The notes under the pieces were generated by a model, which had not been told where the DNA came from, searched no databases, and saw nothing but the letters and a program-made list of their open reading frames with translations. From Candidatus Bathyarchaeota archaeon (lineage in GTDB: Archaea; Thermoproteota; Bathyarchaeia; Bathyarchaeales; Bathycorpusculaceae), in the NCBI GenBank assembly GCA_963775685.1, contig CAVZJV010000014.1, positions 896,001 to 960,000 of the forward strand: a DNA stretch of 64,000 bases. Reading direction: 5' to 3'. Shown here piece by piece: positions 10,891 through 22,319 of the stretch. The position numbers and the translations under genes are program-made. Position 1 is the first letter of the stretch, and each line of letters begins with the position of its first letter.

Positions 10891-11888
10891 AGTGAAACTG
10901 CGTCAAAGTACATTTGAGCGCAGCAAAACGAGGAAAAAGATGTGTGGTAACCCTTGCTTTTGGCGTATTCGACTGCGGCTTCACTTGGAAATGCAACGGC
11001 GTCTACGCCTGCTTTGAGCGCTAAAACGTCGATTTCGCTGCGACTTTTACCTTTGGGGCGCATACAACCTAGAACAAGCGGGGTTTTTGAGAACATGGAT
11101 CGTGCCATAGCTGAAACTTTAGCTATGTCCATGGGTTTTGGCGGCGGTGTTTCTGCCATGACTGTTCCGCGGATGGGCATGAACGCTATGATCACTATGG
11201 CTGATGGGCTAACTTGACCAATCATCTTGAGTGCCTCATGTTCACCGTCAAGTTTGCCTCGGTTTAGACCTACGATAACGTGCGGTACAAAGGGCAATCC
11301 TGCATCTTGCAATGCCCTGAGTGATTTAAGGTAGTCTTGGACTGTTACCTTTAGGTTATAGATTTCCCCGACTGTTTTAGCTGATCCAATCACGTCGATA
11401 AGTGCTGCAGCAATCCCTGCCTTCTTTAGGGCAACTGCAGTTTCCTGCTTGACTATACCCGTGTGAACAAAAACTGTTAAGCCAAGTTCCCGTTTGAACC
11501 TCTCTAAGTCAGGCAAGAACTCGTCCAGAGGAACAGAACCGTCGGGCAGGCATCCGCCACTGACTAGGACACCTTTAGCTCCGTTTTGTTTGATTTTTGT
11601 TCCCAAATCAAACAATGCCTTGGGTGAGTGCACTGGATGCATGGTTTCGAGTACTTTGCCGCCGCAGTGTTTGCAATTCAATGAGCAAGTATTGCCTGTG
11701 ATTGATATGGTGGGGAAATCTGTTGTCGAAGAGTAGAAGTGTTTAGTTTTATAGTATGTGAAGCTGGGAGCATAAAAACGAATTTCGTTTCCTCTTGGCT
11801 TGAATACTCCAATTTCGAGTAAGTTTAAGAGATCTTTTTCGTTTAAGTTCCAGATTGCTTCTGCTGAGAGCTGAACCATGTTTTTCAA
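10887..11888 (-). CDS. lipS1: Radical SAM protein, archaeal lipoyl synthase LipS1 type
   Basis: ISITGNTCSLNCKHC (CxxxCxxC), LVSGG, plus the LipS1 signatures GCMR and C-terminal CC. Confidence 0.7.
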   Translation of the reverse strand: MKNMVQLSAEAIWNLNEKDLLNLLEIGVFKPRGNEIRFYAPSFTYYKTKHFYSSTTDFPTISITGNTCSLNCKHCGGKVLETMHPVHSPKALFDLGTKIKQNGAKGVLVSGGCLPDGSVPLDEFLPDLERFKRELGLTVFVHTGIVKQETAVALKKAGIAAALIDVIGSAKTVGEIYNLKVTVQDYLKSLRALQDAGLPFVPHVIVGLNRGKLDGEHEALKMIGQVSPSAIVIIAFMPIRGTVMAETPPPKPMDIAKVSAMARSMFSKTPLVLGCMRPKGKSRSEIDVLALKAGVDAVAFPSEAAVEYAKSKGYHTSFSSFCCAQMYFDAVSL

Positions 11889-11997
11889 GCTAAGAATTAT
11901 TTGCCTTGCTTAATTATGTAGCGCAAAAATCATTCATCTTATATCTTAAAGTGTAAAAAGATTTTTAAATAATTGGCAATAGGTTGCTTTTAGGCGT

Positions 11998-14793
11998 CTA
12001 TGTGTGGTCGTGTCTGTTTGGTTCTTCTGTTGATTTGCTGAATCGTCGGACAAAGAGCTTGCGGATTTCTTCAGCGAAGATTACTACAAGGGCTAGTGAA
12101 ATTAGGTATATCCAGTCTGTGAATCCAAGTGGTGTGGTTCCGAAGTATTTCTGCATCAATGGGACATAAATTAGGAAGGCTAAGATTGAGATTTGTGCTA
12201 TTATGCCCCAAATTATCCATTTGTTTTTGGTTATGCTTGTTTTGAAGATGGATTGTTTGCTGGTTCTGCAGGCTAAGACGTTTCCTGCTTGAGCTACAAC
12301 TATACCTGCGAACGCCATGGTGACGCCTTTTAGGTATAACGGATTATTGTTGGGCAGGTTATCGCCAAAATGCCAGTCAATGGGGATCGGCATGCCAAAA
12401 TGCCATCCACCAGCAGCCCAAGTTCCCAAGCATCCTATCATTGCACCCACAGCTATTATTGCGCCAATGTAGACTGATCGGCCAAAGACCTTGCCTGTGA
12501 ATAGTTTTTCTTTGAGGCTTCTTGGTGGTTCCTCCATAATGCCTGCTTCTGGAGGTTCTCGGCTAAGCGCTAAGCTGGGAATGACGTCTATTGCTAAGTC
12601 GATGGCTAAGATTTGAACAACTAGCAGCGGCAAAGGAATCCCCAGTAACGCATAAAGTACGTAGGGAATCAATTCTGCCCAGTTGTGCGAGAAAACGTAA
12701 ACAATGAACTTGCGAATGTTCTCATAGATTGCCCGTCCAGACTCAACTGCCTTAACAATCGATGCGAAACTGTCATTTAGCAAGACTATGTCGGCGGCTT
12801 CACGGGCAACATCTGTTCCCGACGCACCCATGGCTACCCCAATGTCAGCTTCTTTGAGTGAAGGTGCATCGTTTGCTCCGTCACCTGTAACTGCAACTAC
12901 TTCGCCGCTGTCTTTTAGAACTTTTACAATACGGAGTTTTTGTTCAGGAGAAACCCGCGCGAAAATGACATTTCCTTTTTTAACTTCGTCTACTATGGCT
13001 TTGTCATTTAAGTCTTCAAGGTCCACACCGCGTATTACTTGGCAGCATTCCCGATCTACTATGCCAACTTCCTGAGCTATGGATTGAGCAGTTGGACCAT
13101 AGTCGCCTGTGATTATGACGGTTTTGATTCCTGCTTGTTTTGCTTTTTCAACAGCATCTTTAACTTCTGTTCTTGGGGGATCGCGCATTCCTGCTAAGCC
13201 AACAAATATGAGGTCTTTTTCAACTTCCTCACCTTTTTTGTACTCTGTGCGAGGCATCTTTTTGTAGGCAACAGCTATGACGCGCAATCCTGCCTTGGCA
13301 AATTCATGGATTCTTGTTTCAATCCAAGCCATGTTTTCTTGGTTTAATTCAACAATTTTTTCCTCAATGAGCACTTTGTTGCAAACGTCTAGGATGTTTC
13401 TTGGTGCACCTTTGGTGTAGATTAAGACATCGCCGTTTAGTTTGTGAACGGTTGTCATTCGTTTTCGTTCAAAACTGAATGGCAAAACATCCAAAAGGGG
13501 TTTTTCAGCCAAAGCGTCTTGGATGTTTAAGCTTGATTTAAGTGCGGCAACAAGCAGAGCACCGTCTGTGGGATCCCCTATGACGTTCCAATTTCTGTTT
13601 TTATCTGAGGGGGGATCAAGTTTTGCCCCATTGCAAAGAGCTGCAATTTCAAGAAGCTTCTCTAAGGAAGCCATTTGTTCTCCCTGGAGCGGTTGACCGT
13701 TCATATAGAAGTAGCCTTCAGGTTTGTAGCCTGTGCCCGAAATATCCGCAACATAATCGTAGACCCATAGTTTGTTTACGGTCATTTCGCCTTTTGTTAT
13801 GGTTCCTGTTTTGTCGGTGCAGATGACAGTGACGCTGCCTAAAGTTTGAACAGCTGATAGTCGTTTGACTACAACATTTTGCTTAACCATCTTGAGCACG
13901 TTGATGGCTAAGGCGCTTGAAACTGTAACCTGTAAGCCCTCGGGGACACAACAGACCATAACCCCAATCATGAAAAAGATGCTTGTGGCAAGAGAGACAC
14001 CTAACAAAACATAGCTAACTATAAAGAAAATCGTGCCGACAGTAACAGCGATAATAAAATCAAACTTTGCCATCGAAGCAATTTCCTTCTGAAGCGGGCT
14101 TTCCTCTTCTTGAATTGTTTGAGTTAAAGAGGCAATTTTTCCAAACTGAGTGTTCATGCCTGTAGCATATACCACTGCTTTGCCCTGGCCTTTTGCGACG
14201 CTTGTGCTCATGAAGACAAGGTTAGGTGAATACAAGTACGCGTTTTCAACCACTTCAGCTGGCTCAGAAACACGAGGTTGTGGTTCAGATTCTCCCGTTA
14301 AGGGAACGTTATTTGTCCATAAATCAAAAACTTCTATTAAACGTGCATCGGCTGGAACACGGTCCCCTTCGTCTAAAAAGACGACGTCTCCAGGAACAAT
14401 CTCTCTAACTGTAATCTTTTTGAGCTCCCCATCTCGGAAAACTTTGGCGTATTCAGGCATCCAGCTTTTGAGGGTTTCCATAGCTTTTTCTGCACGGGAT
14501 TCTTGAAAAATGCTGACGAATACGTTTACTAAAACTACGGCTAGGATGATTAGGGCAAGTTCTGGATTACCGCTAATGTACGATAGAACAGCGGCTATAA
14601 GAAGCAAGATACCAAATAAATCTCTAAGATGCTTGATGAATTTGTGTATTAAGGGGAGTTGTCTTTTCTCTGAAAGCTTGTTGTACCCGTATTTTTTGAG
14701 GCGTAATTTAGCTTCTTCGCTGGTTAATCCGTTTTCCGATGTGTCGAGGTCACCGAAAACCTTGTCAATGGGCATAGAAGCGGCTTTTTCCAA
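11998..14793 (-). CDS. Cation-transporting P-type ATPase (type II)
   Basis: TGES, PEGL, DKTGT, KGAP, DPPR, TGD, GDGANDAP motifs and multiple TM helices. Confidence 0.95.
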   Translation of the reverse strand: MEKAASMPIDKVFGDLDTSENGLTSEEAKLRLKKYGYNKLSEKRQLPLIHKFIKHLRDLFGILLLIAAVLSYISGNPELALIILAVVLVNVFVSIFQESRAEKAMETLKSWMPEYAKVFRDGELKKITVREIVPGDVVFLDEGDRVPADARLIEVFDLWTNNVPLTGESEPQPRVSEPAEVVENAYLYSPNLVFMSTSVAKGQGKAVVYATGMNTQFGKIASLTQTIQEEESPLQKEIASMAKFDFIIAVTVGTIFFIVSYVLLGVSLATSIFFMIGVMVCCVPEGLQVTVSSALAINVLKMVKQNVVVKRLSAVQTLGSVTVICTDKTGTITKGEMTVNKLWVYDYVADISGTGYKPEGYFYMNGQPLQGEQMASLEKLLEIAALCNGAKLDPPSDKNRNWNVIGDPTDGALLVAALKSSLNIQDALAEKPLLDVLPFSFERKRMTTVHKLNGDVLIYTKGAPRNILDVCNKVLIEEKIVELNQENMAWIETRIHEFAKAGLRVIAVAYKKMPRTEYKKGEEVEKDLIFVGLAGMRDPPRTEVKDAVEKAKQAGIKTVIITGDYGPTAQSIAQEVGIVDRECCQVIRGVDLEDLNDKAIVDEVKKGNVIFARVSPEQKLRIVKVLKDSGEVVAVTGDGANDAPSLKEADIGVAMGASGTDVAREAADIVLLNDSFASIVKAVESGRAIYENIRKFIVYVFSHNWAELIPYVLYALLGIPLPLLVVQILAIDLAIDVIPSLALSREPPEAGIMEEPPRSLKEKLFTGKVFGRSVYIGAIIAVGAMIGCLGTWAAGGWHFGMPIPIDWHFGDNLPNNNPLYLKGVTMAFAGIVVAQAGNVLACRTSKQSIFKTSITKNKWIIWGIIAQISILAFLIYVPLMQKYFGTTPLGFTDWIYLISLALVVIFAEEIRKLFVRRFSKSTEEPNRHDHT

Positions 14794-15436
14794 TGTTACT
14801 CAGCCAAAATTTCTCTAAATGTTAGTTATTTTCAACCTCTACAATAAGTAAAGTTGAACACTGTAATAGGCGCTTTAAAAAATGCGTCGTTTCCATGAAC
14901 TGGAAGTGTTTGATGGTACATTCGCATCCTCGTTAGCTGATTTTGCATCGCAAATTATAGCGATTTAATTTTTGGTTATTGTCGATTGTTGCTTTTAAAG
15001 TAATCGCAGACAAAGCCTCATTTAAGTCGCAAGAAATGAAGCAGATGATGAATTGCATGCAAATGCATATTTATCATTTAATATTTTTGCTTCCTTTAGA
15101 CTCCGAATTCTTTTATAAATATAAAACAAAAAGGATTATTCTTTTTGCAATAAAGCTTAAGTCAACTTGCAGGGTTCAACAAACCATTTTGGCTTAGCCA
15201 GCTATTAAATCAAATTAGCAGAATTGGACAATTGGTCGAGAAAAACCACTTTAACCATGACTTGACAATAATATTTTGGCTCAATTGTTTTTTTAAATAA
15301 AATCCATAAAGTTAATAGGCTACAAACTCACTTTCCATGTAGTTTACCATTTCATGAGAGATTAAATAATGCTTCAAATAATTAAAAAACAAGTCTTTCA
15401 GGTAATAAATTCAATTAAATTGGAGATTGCATAATT

Positions 15437-17655
15437 ATGGCGCGTTATAGGCAGACAGACGAAATTGTTAAACTGATGGAAACCCCGCTTTTCATTCGCA
15501 ATACCAGCATCATTGCTCACGTTGACCACGGAAAAACAACTCTGGCCGACAGTCTTCTGGCAGCGGCAGGAATCATCAGTACCCAAACGGCAGGACAGAA
15601 ACTGTTCCTTGACTCATGGGACCTTGAGCAGAAACGTCAAATGACCGTTTTCGCCTCAAACGTCAGCCTCGTCCACACTTACCAAGAAAAAGATTACTTA
15701 ATTAACCTAATCGACACACCAGGCCACATTGACTTTTCAGGCGCCGTAACAAGAAGCCTGCGAGCAGTTGACGGCGCACTCGTGGTTGTCGATTCAGTTG
15801 AGGGACCAATGACGCAGACCGAAACCGTTCTAATGCAGGCCCTAAGAGAACGCGTAAAGCCAATTCTATTTATCAACAAAGTTGACCGCTTAATCAAAGA
15901 AATCAAACTAACACCAGCAGAAATACAAAAGAAATTCGCAAAGATTCTCCTAAGAGTTAACACGTTAATAGAGAAATATGCACCTGCTGAACACAAAAAA
16001 GACTGGCAAGTAACAATCGAAGATAGTCGTGTAGCTTTCGGTTCAGCCCTTCACAAATGGGGCTTAAACCTTGACCACATGAAAATGAAGAAGGTCACCT
16101 TCCAAGACATCATCGACGCCTACACAGGTGACCCAATAGATGTCGGCCGAAAAGTCGATGAACTCAGCAAGAGAGCACCTTTGCCTGAACCAATATTGGA
16201 CATGTTCGTTAAGCATCTTCCAAACCCCTATGATGCTCAGCCCTACAGGCAGCCTCAAATTTGGCCAGGAGACGTAAACAGCCCAACAGGTCAGGGAATG
16301 GCAAAAGTCGATCCTAAAGCGCCGTTGCTCATGTGCATCTCCACCATCGAAGTTGACCCACACAGCGGAACAGTCGCAATCGGCAGAATTTTCAGCGGTT
16401 CAATCGAGAGAGGCAAAACCGTTCAGCTTTTAAGCAGCAACCAAAAAGGCACTATTCAACAAGTTTTCATGAGTATGGCAACTGACCGTGTTCTTATTGA
16501 CCGCGTTCCAGCAGGCAACATCGGAGCCATTTCTGGTCTTCCATCCATCCACGTCGGAGAAACCATCGCTGAAGAAGGACAAGAAGTACACTCTTTCGAA
16601 GGCTTAAACTACGTTTCAGACCCAGTCGTAACCGTCGCTGTAGAACCAGAAGACGTCAAAGACCTACCCTTATTCGACAAAGTCATGCACAAACTCACAA
16701 CTGAAGACCCCAACTTGCACTTCATCATGAACAAAGAAAGCGGCGAATTCCTCCTATCAGGTATGGGTGAACTTCACCTTGAAATCACCGCTTACCGAAT
16801 GCAGGAAGCAGGCTTAAAAGTTAAACTTAGCAAGCCAATTGTCATCTTCAGAGAAACTATCAGTCACGATTACAAGGGACCAGCAATCATGGGTAAAAGC
16901 CCCAACAAACACAACAAACTCTGGATAACCATCGACAAGTTATCTGACGAAGTCATCGAGGCAATTAAATCTGAAAAAATCTACTGATATGCAAAGCAGA
17001 GACGAACGAACCAAAACCTTACGCGCACTCGGCTGGTCACCAGACGAAGCCAAAGGCGCCGTTGCTGTAGAAGAAAACTGCATACTCTGCAACCGCATTC
17101 GCGGACGCCAATACGTAGAAGAAATCATCGACCACATCAAAACTGGATTCCGCGAAGCAGTCCACACATCCCCACTTGCCAAAGAACCAGCTTACGGACT
17201 TAAAAATTAACCTTGAAGACATAACCCTCCACGAGGACCCAGTCCACCGCGGACCCGCACAAGCTATCCCAATGACTTGGAGACCAATCTACTGCGCTAT
17301 TCTCTTGAGCGATCCAAAACTGCTTGAGCCACTGATGAGCTTCGAATGCAAAGTTCCAAGCGAATATGTCAGCGCTGTCATCACAATGCTAAACAAACGC
17401 CGCGGCAAAATCCTCGACATGCCCTCAGAAGATGACATAATTACCGTTAAAGCAGAAATGCCCGTTTCCGAAAGCTTCGGCATAGCTGATGAATTGCGCG
17501 GTTCAACTTCAGGAAGAGCATTTTGGGCCACACAGTTCAGTCGTTGGGCATATGTTCCAGAACAGATGCAGGCAGAAACCATAAAGAAGATCCGCGAACG
17601 CAGAGGCTTACCACCAGTTCCGCCAAAGCCAGAAGAATACTTCGAGAAAGAATAA
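15437..17655 (+). CDS. fusA: Elongation factor 2 family GTPase (paralog type), split by two +1 frameshifts (about 16985 and 17205)
   Basis: AHVDHGKTT, DTPGH, NKVD, GMGELHLE, KSPNKHN, HEDPVHRGPAQ, LRGSTSGRAFW. Three track ORFs join by removing single bases. Confidence 0.9.
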
Positions 17656-17805
17656 GCCCTAAGCTTTTCTTCTCTATTTCTAATATTTTTCTTTTATTTT
17701 GTTTTTTAAAATAAATAATCTTTGCTTTTCTGCTTTGAACCTTTATTTCAGGCGGGAAGGGGAAGGCTTTAAAGCAAATTCCAAGTTAACGTTTAGTGAC
17801 GGCTT

Positions 17806-18393
17806 ATGATAATTGGAATCTGCGGTAGCCCCCGAAAACAAGCCACCGAACACGTTTTAGAAGAAGCGCTAAAGACGCTGCAGGAGAAAGGTTTGGAAAC
17901 CAAGCTGTGGACTGTTCGGGGAAAATGGGTGGATTATTGTGCACACTGTGATTACTGCCTAAAAAACAAGGAATGCGTGGTTCAAGACGATTTGCAAGAA
18001 CTTTACGCGTTGCTTGCCCAAGCCAACGGAATCATCTTTGCAAGCCCAGTCTACAACGGCGGAGTCAGCGCCCAAACCAAAGCCGTGATGGATCGGATGC
18101 GTGCCCCAGTTGCAGCAAACAAGAATTTCTTCAAGGGCAAAGTCGGCATGGGCATCGTAACAGGCGGCGACCGCAATGGTGGCCAGGAGTTTGCTCTCAT
18201 GCAGATACATTCCTTCTTTATAATAAACGGGATGATTCCTGTGAGCGGTGGGTTTTTTGGTGCGAATTTAGGGGCGACATTTTGGTCAAAAGATACCTTG
18301 GAGGGCGTGAAATTGGATGAGGAGGGCTTCCGCAGCTTAAAGAAAACCACGAAACGATTTGCTGAGTACGTGGAGCTTTACAGTAAAAAGTAA
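17806..18393 (+). CDS. Iron-sulfur flavoprotein / flavodoxin family (Isf-like)
   Basis: GSPRK, CAHCDYCLKNKEC cluster motif, ASPVY, GGDRNGGQE. Confidence 0.9.
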   Translation: MIIGICGSPRKQATEHVLEEALKTLQEKGLETKLWTVRGKWVDYCAHCDYCLKNKECVVQDDLQELYALLAQANGIIFASPVYNGGVSAQTKAVMDRMRAPVAANKNFFKGKVGMGIVTGGDRNGGQEFALMQIHSFFIINGMIPVSGGFFGANLGATFWSKDTLEGVKLDEEGFRSLKKTTKRFAEYVELYSKK

Positions 18394-18403
18394 GGTGAAT
18401 GTT

Positions 18404-18994
18404 ATGACTGAAGTTGAAGTTAAAGTTAAGAAAATCAAGGTTGCTTGGGGCATAACGGGTGCCGGCGACAAAATAGCTGAAATAATCGAAACGATGAAAG
18501 ACCTGAAAAAGCAGTCGGAGGGTATCGTAGAGATCGATGTTTACCTCTCCAAAGCAGCTGACATCATGCTAAAATTCTATCGTCTAGACGAGGAATTAAA
18601 GAAAAGCTTTGTCAAGGTTACAGTGGAATCCAATTCCAACTCGCCATTCCTGGCGGGAATGATGCAGAGCCACAAATATGAGTTTTTGCTGATTTTTCCA
18701 GCCTCCTCAAACACCGTGGCTAAACTGGTTAATGGCATCGGAGATACCCTAATCACGAACTCCGCGATAATGAGCCTCAAAGCCTTTGTGCCCGTCTGGA
18801 TCATGCCAGTGGACTATAAAGAAAGCGTCATCTCAACCAAGCTGCCCAACGGCAAAGATATGAAAATCCGGGTCCGAAAAGAAGAAGCTGATCAAGTGCG
18901 AAAATTAGAAACAACGGATGACGTGCGTGTTTTTGAGAATCCGGCGATGGTTCATGAGGGCTTTTTGAGGTGGCTAAAAACCATCCGACAATAG
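18404..18994 (+). CDS. afpA: Archaeoflavoprotein AfpA family
   Basis: VAWGITGAGD, NSPFLAG, PASSNTVAKLVNGIGDTLITN; AAGGTGA RBS before the ATG at 18404. Confidence 0.8.
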   Translation: MTEVEVKVKKIKVAWGITGAGDKIAEIIETMKDLKKQSEGIVEIDVYLSKAADIMLKFYRLDEELKKSFVKVTVESNSNSPFLAGMMQSHKYEFLLIFPASSNTVAKLVNGIGDTLITNSAIMSLKAFVPVWIMPVDYKESVISTKLPNGKDMKIRVRKEEADQVRKLETTDDVRVFENPAMVHEGFLRWLKTIRQ

Positions 18995-19017
18995 CGCGCT
19001 TTAAAAAATTTGGGATT

Positions 19018-19345
19018 TATTGTTTTGCTTGCCATGCCCCTGCGAGCACGTAGATGGCGGCTGCAAGGTTTATGATGGCGCTTGCTCCGTTGAGGACAGC
19101 TAAGGATAAACCAGAGTAGGTTAGGTTGAAGGTGGTATAGGAGAAAGCGTAAACCAGCAAAACGGTTGAGGGGGCACCATATTTTTTATAAACAGTAAAT
19201 TAGCGGTTGAGACCAACCAAAGTTTGGGCAAAATTGAGTTGTTAGGTCTTTTCGGGATCGTCAAAAACCGCTAATTCAAATTCAATAAAAACGACGTTGA
19301 TAACTATCCAGACAACGATCGCGTAGGTTGCTAGTGACTTTTGGT
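19018..19345 (-). pseudogene. Degraded small membrane protein gene
   Basis: Hydrophobic fragments in several frames (YAIVVWIVINVVF; YGAPSTVLLVYAFSYTTFNL...IYVLAGAWQAKQ*). Confidence 0.45.
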
Positions 19346-19571
19346 TTAATATTTGGTACACTCACTCTTTCAATCGAGTTATCTTTTTTAACTGTAATGT
19401 TGAGAAACTTCACATCTGAGAATAATATTCCTATGAAAAGTGAGGAAATATCAGGGTTTAATTCTTCCTAAAGGCAAAGGAAAATAATTTCGCATTTTAG
19501 AAAGCAAACCAATAAATAATATTTTGCAGGGAATTTAAGTTGAGAACGCGTTTTTTTTGAAGGTACAAATT

Positions 19572-20300
19572 ATGGGAAAAAATGTTGGAGACGATTTTCA
19601 AACAGAGACAAAGTACAGTCGGATCAAAAGCCTTGGTAGCAATCTGAACTGGGCAAATAAGCCTGACCTCTATAAGAGCTATCCTGCCAGTAAAACGGTT
19701 CAGTTGCCAAGTCAGTTTCAAAATTCAACCTTTAACTTTACTGAAGTTCTTCGAAGACGCAAGAGCATTCGCACCTTCTCACCTAAGCCTTTGAGTATGG
19801 TTGATTTGGCGTTTCTTCTTTGGGCATCCACAGGTATCCAAAGAACGGAGCACAATTACGAGTTCCGCACTGCGCCATCAGCTGGAGCATTGTATCCCAT
19901 TGAGACGTACGTAGCTACAAACAACGTGGAAGAACTAAATCAAGGGATTTATCATTACAATATAGAAAATCATCTGCTGGAAGAAATAGAACTTGGAAGT
20001 TTTGGCAATAAATTAGCTCATGCAGCTTTAGACCAACAGATGTGTGCAGATTCATCTATCGTGTTAATTTGGACAGCTGTTTTTGGAAGATCAAAGTGGA
20101 AATATTCTCAGAGAGCCTACAGGTACATCTATTTGGATGCAGGACACGTATCGGAAAATTTGGCATTGGCTGCCACAAGCATCAACTGTGGATCCTGTCA
20201 AGTCGGAGCTTTCTTTGATGACGAAATAAATTCAATAGTAGGTGTAGATGGAACGGAAGAAAGCGCAATCTGTCTTAGCGTAATTGGGCACCCAAAATAA
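19572..20300 (+). CDS. SagB/ThcOx-family nitroreductase-like dehydrogenase
   Basis: RRRKSIR, RTAPSAGALYPIE, WKYSQRAYRYIYLDAGH, GAFFDDE. Confidence 0.9.
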   Translation: MGKNVGDDFQTETKYSRIKSLGSNLNWANKPDLYKSYPASKTVQLPSQFQNSTFNFTEVLRRRKSIRTFSPKPLSMVDLAFLLWASTGIQRTEHNYEFRTAPSAGALYPIETYVATNNVEELNQGIYHYNIENHLLEEIELGSFGNKLAHAALDQQMCADSSIVLIWTAVFGRSKWKYSQRAYRYIYLDAGHVSENLALAATSINCGSCQVGAFFDDEINSIVGVDGTEESAICLSVIGHPK

Positions 20301-20430
20301 CATAGATACGTTACCATTCCTTAATATCAAAAAAATTAGCAGGACAAAAGGAGAAGCTTTTTTGGATTCAGGCTATATGTGTAGCTGATGTCTGAGATAT
20401 AGAAGTGGAAAGCTAACAAAAAAAAGAAAG

Positions 20431-20988
20431 TTATTTTACGTTAACTTTACGTCTTCGCTTAGGTTGTTTTTTCGGAAGCATTATCTCAAGAACGCCTTCG
20501 TTTAACTTAGCATCTACGTCGTCAACTTTGATTTCTTCGGGCAAATCGACATATCGATAGAAAGATTTGCAAGCCCTTTCTTTGCAAAGGTAGTCTTGTT
20601 CTTTTTCACTGTACTTCCATCCCGCCATACCAGAAATTTCTACACCATCTTCGTGTACAGCTATCTCAATATCTTCTTTTTTGAACCCTGGCATCTCTGC
20701 TTTCAAGATGAATTCTTTTTCTTTATCTTCTAAATCTACAGCTGGAACTCGAACATCGGGCATTTGAGCAAACATATAGTCAATGTTTGCGGGAAAAAGC
20801 AAGTCTTCAAAGTCGCTTCTGAATCGGTCAAAAGTTTCATCAAAGGCCTGCCACAAATCTTGCTCACCGACTCGCTTTATTGCGGTTTGTCTCTTCGGTT
20901 TTGCTGTTTTGGGTACCTTATCTTTGGAAATTTCGATTTCAGAAGGTTCAGATACGCCTTTACTAGCCACATTCTTTTTTTGACTCAT
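20431..20988 (-). CDS. hsp20: Small heat-shock protein Hsp20
   Basis: PAVDLED...AEMPGFKKEDI...LPEEI...AKLNEGVLEIMLPK alpha-crystallin domain. Confidence 0.92.
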   Translation of the reverse strand: MSQKKNVASKGVSEPSEIEISKDKVPKTAKPKRQTAIKRVGEQDLWQAFDETFDRFRSDFEDLLFPANIDYMFAQMPDVRVPAVDLEDKEKEFILKAEMPGFKKEDIEIAVHEDGVEISGMAGWKYSEKEQDYLCKERACKSFYRYVDLPEEIKVDDVDAKLNEGVLEIMLPKKQPKRRRKVNVK

Positions 20989-21418
20989 AAAACATAGCAC
21001 CTACCATAAAGTATCAACTAACAAATTTATTTGTTTCTATGAACTAAAAACCGTTCTGAATATAGTTTATTCTAAATAAAAGAACTGTCCTTATTGACAA
21101 TTCTTCTTTTCCTGTTTCTCAAGCTATTTGAGATAATTGAGAACATGACGACACATTTTTTATTGTTTAGTGGAGAGGTGAGAATAGAAAACTATAGAAT
21201 TTGAATTGAATTATGGTTTGAAATCATGATCTTGAAGTATATACCTATATAAGCAATACATTAGCAGGTAAGTTAAAGTTGTAAAATTTTATGGTTAACT
21301 GCCCTAATTGCAACGAAACCATCGAATCGCCGTACAAGAAATTAGAAAACAGATATTTCTATTTAGGTTCGTATATTTACCCAAAATGTGGCGAACATTT
21401 CAATTCAGAGGTATAGCT

Positions 21419-21637
21419 TCAGTGTTTGAAGATGCGCAAATATCCTTTTTCTAAGTCTTCGTCAAACGACAAATTCTTCTTTCTAAGGAATTGTCCTATT
21501 GCTTTTTGGTCATAAGAACATTTGACTTTCAATTGGAACTTCTCAGGTTTCCTTTGTTCAATTACGACAAAATTGGGTTGAACGTAACCTTGTGCGACTA
21601 ATTCAGTTAACAGGATTATGGCTTCTTTTCTGTTCAT
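21419..21637 (-). CDS. Small hypothetical protein (MNRKEAIILL...)
   Basis: 72-aa ORF with GGGG-type RBS; no family recognised. Confidence 0.55.
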   Translation of the reverse strand: MNRKEAIILLTELVAQGYVQPNFVVIEQRKPEKFQLKVKCSYDQKAIGQFLRKKNLSFDEDLEKGYLRIFKH

Positions 21638-21849
21638 TACGTTCCCCTTGTTGGATTTGAGAACGTACAAGACTAATAACCCTTTGGCATATTCAAGCAC
21701 CTCAGGTTTGAAACTACGTATTGCAAGAATCCAAATTTTAAGAACTTCAATTGCTTATCTTCACTAGTTATCAGAAACCTCCAAGAATCCCAAGTTGAGC
21801 AATAGTGGACTTAATTAAAGATTAGAAGCTGAATTAACTGGTCTTAAAG

Positions 21850-22290
21850 AAGATGATCAAAGGCTTTAAGTCTCATTTTTTGAGATTGAAGAGTGGAATT
21901 AGGGAGAATTGCAAAATCCTCTGCTCAATGTAATGCTATGCTGTAAAGCAATCTTGGCGACGGTTCATTTGGTTGCGTCTTAGCAAGTTGATTTAAACCA
22001 CATTCAACCTACAACAGAACAAGTATCCAAGGGCTTGACTTCAAATTTATCATGCAAAAGGACCTTGCAAAAACTTTTGAAAAACGCCAAAGACGTTAAC
22101 TTCTTAAAGCAAAGCAGGTACCTCGAACGGATCCCGCTCACCCTTGTGGTTAATGAGAAAGAAGTCTTAGTTGTTTTCCGCAGAAATAATGGAGTAATGG
22201 ATTATATGGGTTTGTTTGGAACGGATGAAAAATTCCGACCGATGGAGTGAAGATGTGTTTATGTATTATTGGAAAGAGCTGGGCATTTGT
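21850..22290 (+). pseudogene. Remnant of an archaeal wHTH regulator C-terminal domain (DUF1724-like)
   Basis: Fragments LGELQN, LTLVVNEKEVLVVFRRNNGVMDY...GTDEKF and DVFMYYW in broken frames. Confidence 0.45.
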
Positions 22291-22319
22291 ATCCTGGAAT
22301 CAAAATAGAATAATTGTAT

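Noticed and set aside
14794-15436. Possible riboswitch or ncRNA between the P-type ATPase and EF-2 paralog
   Set aside because: Only 5-bp hairpins (TTCCA/TGGAA, ATCGC/GCGAT); no recognisable consensus.
16980-17215. Programmed frameshifting or TGA (Sec) recoding in the EF-2 gene
   Set aside because: Both breaks are +1 single-base insertions, one in an A-run, and similar indels occur across the window (8505, 9108, 10468, 45078, 63885). Sequencing error is simpler.
19572-20300. SagB-type dehydrogenase as part of a RiPP (azole peptide) cluster with the nearby ABC exporter
   Set aside because: No YcaO or precursor peptide is visible; stand-alone SagB-like nitroreductases are common in archaea.
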